A DNA stretch of 63,384 nt, the filler included, from Choristocarpus tenellus KU-1152 (lineage: Eukaryota; Protista; Phaeophyceae): NCBI GenBank assembly GCA_964200185.2. It is 10 parts of 10 records of this genome, joined end to end, with 100 filler letters (N's around TTAATTAATTAA, not from the genome) between each part and the next. Parts side by side here need not be neighbours in the genome. Positions count along the whole stretch, not along the records: positions 58,068 to 60,642 come from CAXNAD020026633.1; positions 60,743 to 63,384 come from CAXNAD020026030.1; 8 more parts are not named here. One strand, given 5' to 3'. Made by a program: the position numbers and the translations under genes. This document shows, piece by piece, positions 58,266 to 63,384 of the stretch; within the stretch, counting starts at the first letter, position 1; each line of letters starts with the position of its first letter. The notes below the pieces were generated by a model. That model worked only from the letters and a program-made list of their open reading frames with translations. It was not told the origin of the DNA and did no database searches.

Positions 58266-60252
58266 GTACCCCAATTTGCATGTCTTGAGCCTCACTAACT
58301 GTGACTTTGACATGAAATCACTACGTTCCCTGTGCCGTGGGCTGACCATGGGCATGTTCTCATGCCTTGAACTATTGTTCCTTGGTGGGGCAAAGCTACC
58401 AGCATGGCGTGAAGGTGGTGAGGGACATGGTCAAAGGCTGTTCGTTGTTGGCTACCTCCAGTTTGCTCCACTTTTTTTCCAAAATGGGCGGTGGTAGTAA
58501 GCGAAGAGGTTGGGACTGTATCTGTCACATAACCACATTAGAAAATGTTTGTTTTTTCACAGGGGTGCATGTTCCTAGATCAGGTGATGAGCATCTACCT
58601 CCCACTTCCCCTTCCCCTTGACAGTTCAAAGGGAAAATGTCCAAGCCCCGGGCAACCCAGCAAAGTCAAAAGCACACGGCCAGCATCTCAATGAGGATGA
58701 TGGCAATGGCTCTCCTTTGCCTGCAGTGGAGTTACAAGCACTGTCTTTTAATTCCAATGCTGAATCCTACGAGGAGCATAATGGGACCAACAGGTTAAAT
58801 ATTCCTGGTGTGGAAGTGGGACTGACAGGGGATGTGGATGAGAATGCAGGACCGGGGCAGGGGGAGGTGGTGGTGTCAGGTTTGGTAGAAGCACCAAGGA
58901 TGAAGCTGATGGAGAGGAGTGGGGGGGAGGGTCAGTTGCCCAAGTTTCTACGTGTGTTAGAGGTGATTTTTGTTTGTGCTCTACTTGCTCCCTATTGTTG
59001 CTTGAGGTTTTTGTAATACTTTTAATGTCCTAAGTTCCCTCAGGCGCACTCATGCCTCCTACCACCAGTTTGGTGTGTGTTTCAAGAAATGTATCTATCT
59101 TGATAGAATGTTTTGAAGTAGTGATACAATACCATTTCTGACGTTGACATCCCTGACCCTTCCAACCCTCATCTCAATGTAATCTATCTCTCTCCCCTCT
59201 CTCTATTGTATGTATTCCCCTACAAGAATATTCCAGGGCAATGACGCCAGTGACATGGGTGTGGAGTCCTTTGCTCCCTTATCCATCCCAACTGTTTCCT
59301 ATATCCCTCCCTACCCTGATGATGCCGGTGTCTCTATGCAGTTGCTTCTGTCCCCTTTGCCGTATGTGTAATGTCCACACTAGGGTGGGTGTTGCCTCTT
59401 CTCCGCCAGTCTGTTCTCAGAGCTCAAAATCCCTGCCATTGTAAAAATCATTCCCTAGATATTTTCGAGACTAACAACAGCACCTGACCACACCATTTTC
59501 CAATTGCCCCTGTCTAACACACCTTCTGCTTGGGGCTGTTCTTTCTATCCTAGGTCACCTATCTCCATTCAGAAGCCTTGGTAACACTGCGCCATTTGCT
59601 GGGGGATATTGCCTGGCAACACCTTGAAACCCTCATGATCGTTTTCGCTGGGCCTGGGAGTACCCCTTGTGAGGTGTTGGAGACCCGCTTTTGGGGGGAC
59701 ACAGGGGACAGGGGACAGGGCAGTGTTGAGAATGGAGCAGAGGATATGAGTGATCAAAGGACCAGGGATGCTGTCACACGCAGGGCCTTGGCCTTTGCCA
59801 CTTGCTGCAAGGTGAATGTTTTCAGTTAGCCTCAGCTATTGGTTGTATGAAGTAGGTTCAACCCAGGTGATGCAGAGTGAGAGGAGTGAGTATTGGGGCT
59901 TGCTGGAGTGCTTGTCTTTGCTTGACTTCTAGTTGGTGCCTAACATGGCAATTGCTGCAGATGTATGGAATGCTGAAGGTGAAGTGCTACATTTGCTGCA
60001 ATGGATAACCAATGTAAGGAAACTTATCCAGAAGTCTCCTCTGCTGCCTCCACACCCTTCCCTCCCAAGCAATGTACCCTGTGTTTGTGTTGACAATTAG
60101 TGTTTCTTGCTGCTGCAGGACAGGAGGAGGTATACCCCACTTCACGTTGCATGCTTTGAATGCAACCTAGACTTAGTGCGGTGGCTGCTTTGGAGGGCGG
60201 GCACAGAAACAATAGATGCCAAAGACTTCAAGGGGGCAACACCCCTCTTCAG
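58266..60252 (+). CDS. LRR (RNI-like) + ankyrin repeat protein, internal part (exons 58266-58384, 58563-58962, 59554-59811, 60119-60252)
   Basis: PNLHVLSLTNCDF..LELLFLG (LRR); YTPLHVACFECNLDLVRWLL..IDAKDFKGATPLF (ankyrin); junctions in phase. Confidence 0.75.
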
Positions 60253-60989
60253 GCAAGGACTCTGGTCCGAGAACTGTTGGTTGTCAAGGAGTTAGTTGAG
60301 GATAGGGTAGGGGATGGAAGACGTGTGTTGGTAGAGCCTGGGAGGTGTGGGAAGGGGGGAGAAGTATTCAGTTAATATTTGATGTGTTTGTGTTGTGTTT
60401 TACCTTTTTCGAGGAATAAGATCGTTTCAAAGTTAGGGTGAGGATTTGATACTCTTCAGCACACTGCGGTGTACCCCCTGTGATGTCACTACATGTTGGG
60501 AAGGACTTTGCTCAGTGGTGTGGTACTGTAGTTGTCTGGTAATTGATACCATGTTTTCATACATTGCTTTGCCTATTGGGGGGGGGGGGGAGTGATAGTG
60601 TTGCAGGGCCCCTTGTTTTGCGTTTCATCCCCGTCGCCATGANNNNNNNNNNNNNNNNNNNNNNNNNNNNNNNNNNNNNNNNNNNNTTAATTAATTAANN
60701 NNNNNNNNNNNNNNNNNNNNNNNNNNNNNNNNNNNNNNNNNNCGTGCCTATCTCGTGAGCCTCCATTCCCATCCTCGATCGCCTCCACCTAATCCCCATG
60801 TGGACCCATTCCGTTCTCTGTCGATCCTTCTCCATTCTGCGAAATCGAAACCTGGGTATCTATTACTGGAGCTGGGTTAATCCCTACACCTATATTCGGT
60901 CCTTGCCTTGCCTGTCTCATGTGCCGTCGTCGCCTTCCTCCATCACCTCCACAACCCCATCCCGTCCTCCTTCAAAATGTCTATCAGTT

Positions 60990-62010
60990 ATTTTCCTCAA
61001 CCTGTAAAGACAAAGGTGAGACCCATTGTTATTTCCGATGTTCCAAGGTTATTAACGAACTTGGTTGGGTATCGTCTGCCCTTCTTCTGCCTTTTGCATG
61101 GTGATATCCCAGCACAAGGCCATAGGATATCGTCCGTTGTTACTTCTGTCGTCTCCATCAAGGCCATAGCAAGATACCTCGAGGAGAGCTATGGGTATAC
61201 AACGAGGGTACTTGTCACAGGTTGGGAAAATGGACCCGTCCTCCCTGTATCCGTCAATTTGAAACAGGATGAAGTCAAGGAGCCGTGGTCACATACCCTG
61301 GGCATACACAATGGCCCCGATAACCCCACAATGCCGTTTACCGGCCCCACCTTCTTTCTGCCATAGGTTGCATATGAGCACGTTATTCAGCTTCTCTGAC
61401 AAAATTCAGTGCAGCATGGGCTCCAGTCCCATATCTAATTTTGGAGAACCAGTTCTGGCAGTGTTGTTGAGCACCTCCCCTTCAACCTTCGTCACAAGAA
61501 TTCAAAGACCCATGAGCTCCTTACAAACAATGCACGCACCACCCTCCTTCGAGTAGAACAAGCAGGATGTGCGCTTAAAGTTTTCCAGTGCTTGCTTGAG
61601 GAGTAACTTTTTGTGGAGCACGTGATTTGAGAAGTTTTCCTTTCTCTGTGAGGTTCCCATCGCAAGCCCACAGATAGATGTCTAACAGGTGCTTTTGGTT
61701 GTCATCCCACACCTAAAATACACAAGCGAAAAAATCCAATGGCACTCCATTCCACCCCAAAAACCTGTTCTTCCCAAATTGATATAAAGTGCTCCACTTC
61801 GCTCCGCAGTAATGAAATAATTGGATTTTTATAATACCGTCGCAAAAACATACAAGAACACAAAAAAATGGTGAAAATCTGATTCATTATTTCTTTGCAC
61901 ATTTAGAAACCCTTCCGCACAAATTGTTGCACATGCTGAACCGAGGAAGTGCATATAACCATAATAACATGCTCCAGAGTACAAAAGATACTACTACTGT
62001 ACTTCATAGT
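60990..62010 (-). pseudogene. PIF1-family helicase relic, probably Helitron-derived
   Basis: CDGNLT..LLKSRAP..LFYSKE..MGLEPMLH..VLICNLWQK..VNG..GVIGAIVY..RYPMALCWDITMQKA.GQT..LGTSEITMGLTFV..RLRK are PIF1 C-terminal motifs, with stops and frameshifts. Confidence 0.75.
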
Positions 62011-63228
62011 AGTCGTCTTACATGCGGATTGGTGAGGATTTATTGTATCAGTCACCAGACCCTGCCACCCCCCCTCCTCCCATCTAACCCTAACAACAAG
62101 AAAATATGTTTGTAGTGGAACATTAATTTCTTGAAACACAAAATGGACAGGATACTTGCCCCAGAAGCTCATTTACTTTTGTGCCATGTGTCAGGACCCT
62201 GAATTGTGATGCATCCATTCCATAATTGTTTAGAATTCCCTGTTGACCACACTGTGAAGAAGGCCGAGGAAAAAGTAGTGTCACCAACTACACACCTACC
62301 TATCTATATACATACACATGAAGGCTTAGTAGGTCGCCTGCCCGTACTGCGTGTTGTATGCCCAAAGTCGTGAATTGATGTTTTCGTGAACAGTCAAGTA
62401 GGCTGGATGGATCAATGGAAGGCCACCAAGTGTGGCACAGTTCAACTGTTTTCGAACATGCGCTCAAGTAAATCATAGTGATAAGAAATGTAGACTCAAA
62501 ACACTCACATATAATAGTACTTTTAATATTGAATGTATAATGTAAAGCAGCCCATGTTGTAAAATTATCAAATGCATGTCCAAATTGTGCTGACAGAGTT
62601 GTACTACTTACAGAGTGCCTCTACCCCCACTCTCTAGGCCCTGCTACAATGTCTGGTGGAGGAAGTCCCCATCCTACGGGCCCACATACACCTTGCATGT
62701 TATGACATTGTTGATCATTCTGTGGTTGGAGATATGAGGTTATAGAAGTTTTTGCCATGAAGAAGAGACTGTCTACAAATTCAACCTCATTGTTGGCCGT
62801 AGTGAACATGACCACCGTTGCAATAAGCAATGCAAACAGAGGGCAGAGGAATACCAGTCTGGAAAACGAAATTCTTAACTGCAGCTTGTCCCAATAATCA
62901 AAGAATTGTTGAATGAGGGGTATTCATTTACCCATGTGCCACGGATGTGGATGACATTGTCGTTGTGGAGATGTGAATTGATCGAAATAGAGCGAGTTCT
63001 ACAATACTACCGCCATTTAATATGCCACTAGTTTTGTTCTTTGTATCGTTTGACTTTTAAAATTATACTCCAGGTTAGCTACTTAATAGAGTCAGCTCTG
63101 TCACAGGTACCCACGACAACCTTTACAGAGTCATCCGCAATCGCCCACCAAAAAAAAGAGAAGAGAAATCCTCAAGGCATGTGTGATTAAATGTTGTATT
63201 AATTCATATTTAAGGCAGTTCTGTTACA

Positions 63229-63384
63229 GGCTCGAAGTATCTGAGGGGGAGTGGCGGCTGTCCATTTGGGGTCAATTTTATTATGTCGCGATTTTTGGTT
63301 GATTTGGTTGCATGCGGGGCAGGTGGATAATGTAAATGCACTTTTCCTTATTTTGTCCCAAATGGACACCCTGGTGGAGATCCC
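63229..63384 (-). mobile_element. MITE family A, truncated by window end
   Basis: GGCTCGAAGTATCTGAGGGGG..GGCTGTCCATTTGG..CCAAATGGACACCCTGG. Confidence 0.88.

Noticed and set aside
60908-61366. 152-aa plus-strand ORF
   Set aside because: Antisense to the PIF1 helicase relic.

Overview
Eukaryotic, intron-rich genomic DNA from a stramenopile, most likely a brown alga (inferred from the 18S fragment, TTAGGG repeats, gene content and LRR cap type). The window consists of 10 contigs joined by nine identical artificial 100-bp spacers (N44-TTAATTAATTAA-N44), so adjacency across spacers is not biological evidence. Spliced host genes recovered by reading exons in phase: two cupin/JmjC proteins, a heat-shock-factor-type TF with 21-aa tandem repeats, ARPC3, a hypothetical membrane protein, a long low-complexity ORF, bifunctional P5CS, an LRR protein, a ThiE/TenI-family protein, eIF6, SAGA subunit ADA1, and an LRR+ankyrin protein. 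Intergenic DNA holds many transposon relics: LINE, hAT, PIF/Harbinger, mariner, a Helitron-type PIF1 helicase and a possible Ulp1 cargo. Two abundant MITE families share the same TIR core. The most striking unexplained signal is about 25 short interstitial (TTAGGG)n patches. Several look like telomerase-assisted double-strand-break repair scars, including a head-to-head (GGGTTA)n/(CCCTAA)n insert flanked by a 10-bp direct repeat. Other highlights are an 18S rRNA 3' end fused to an internal hAT transposase segment, and a probably plastid-targeted protein with TenI-like rather than ThiE-like motifs. All family assignments come from motif recognition by eye; no searches were run.
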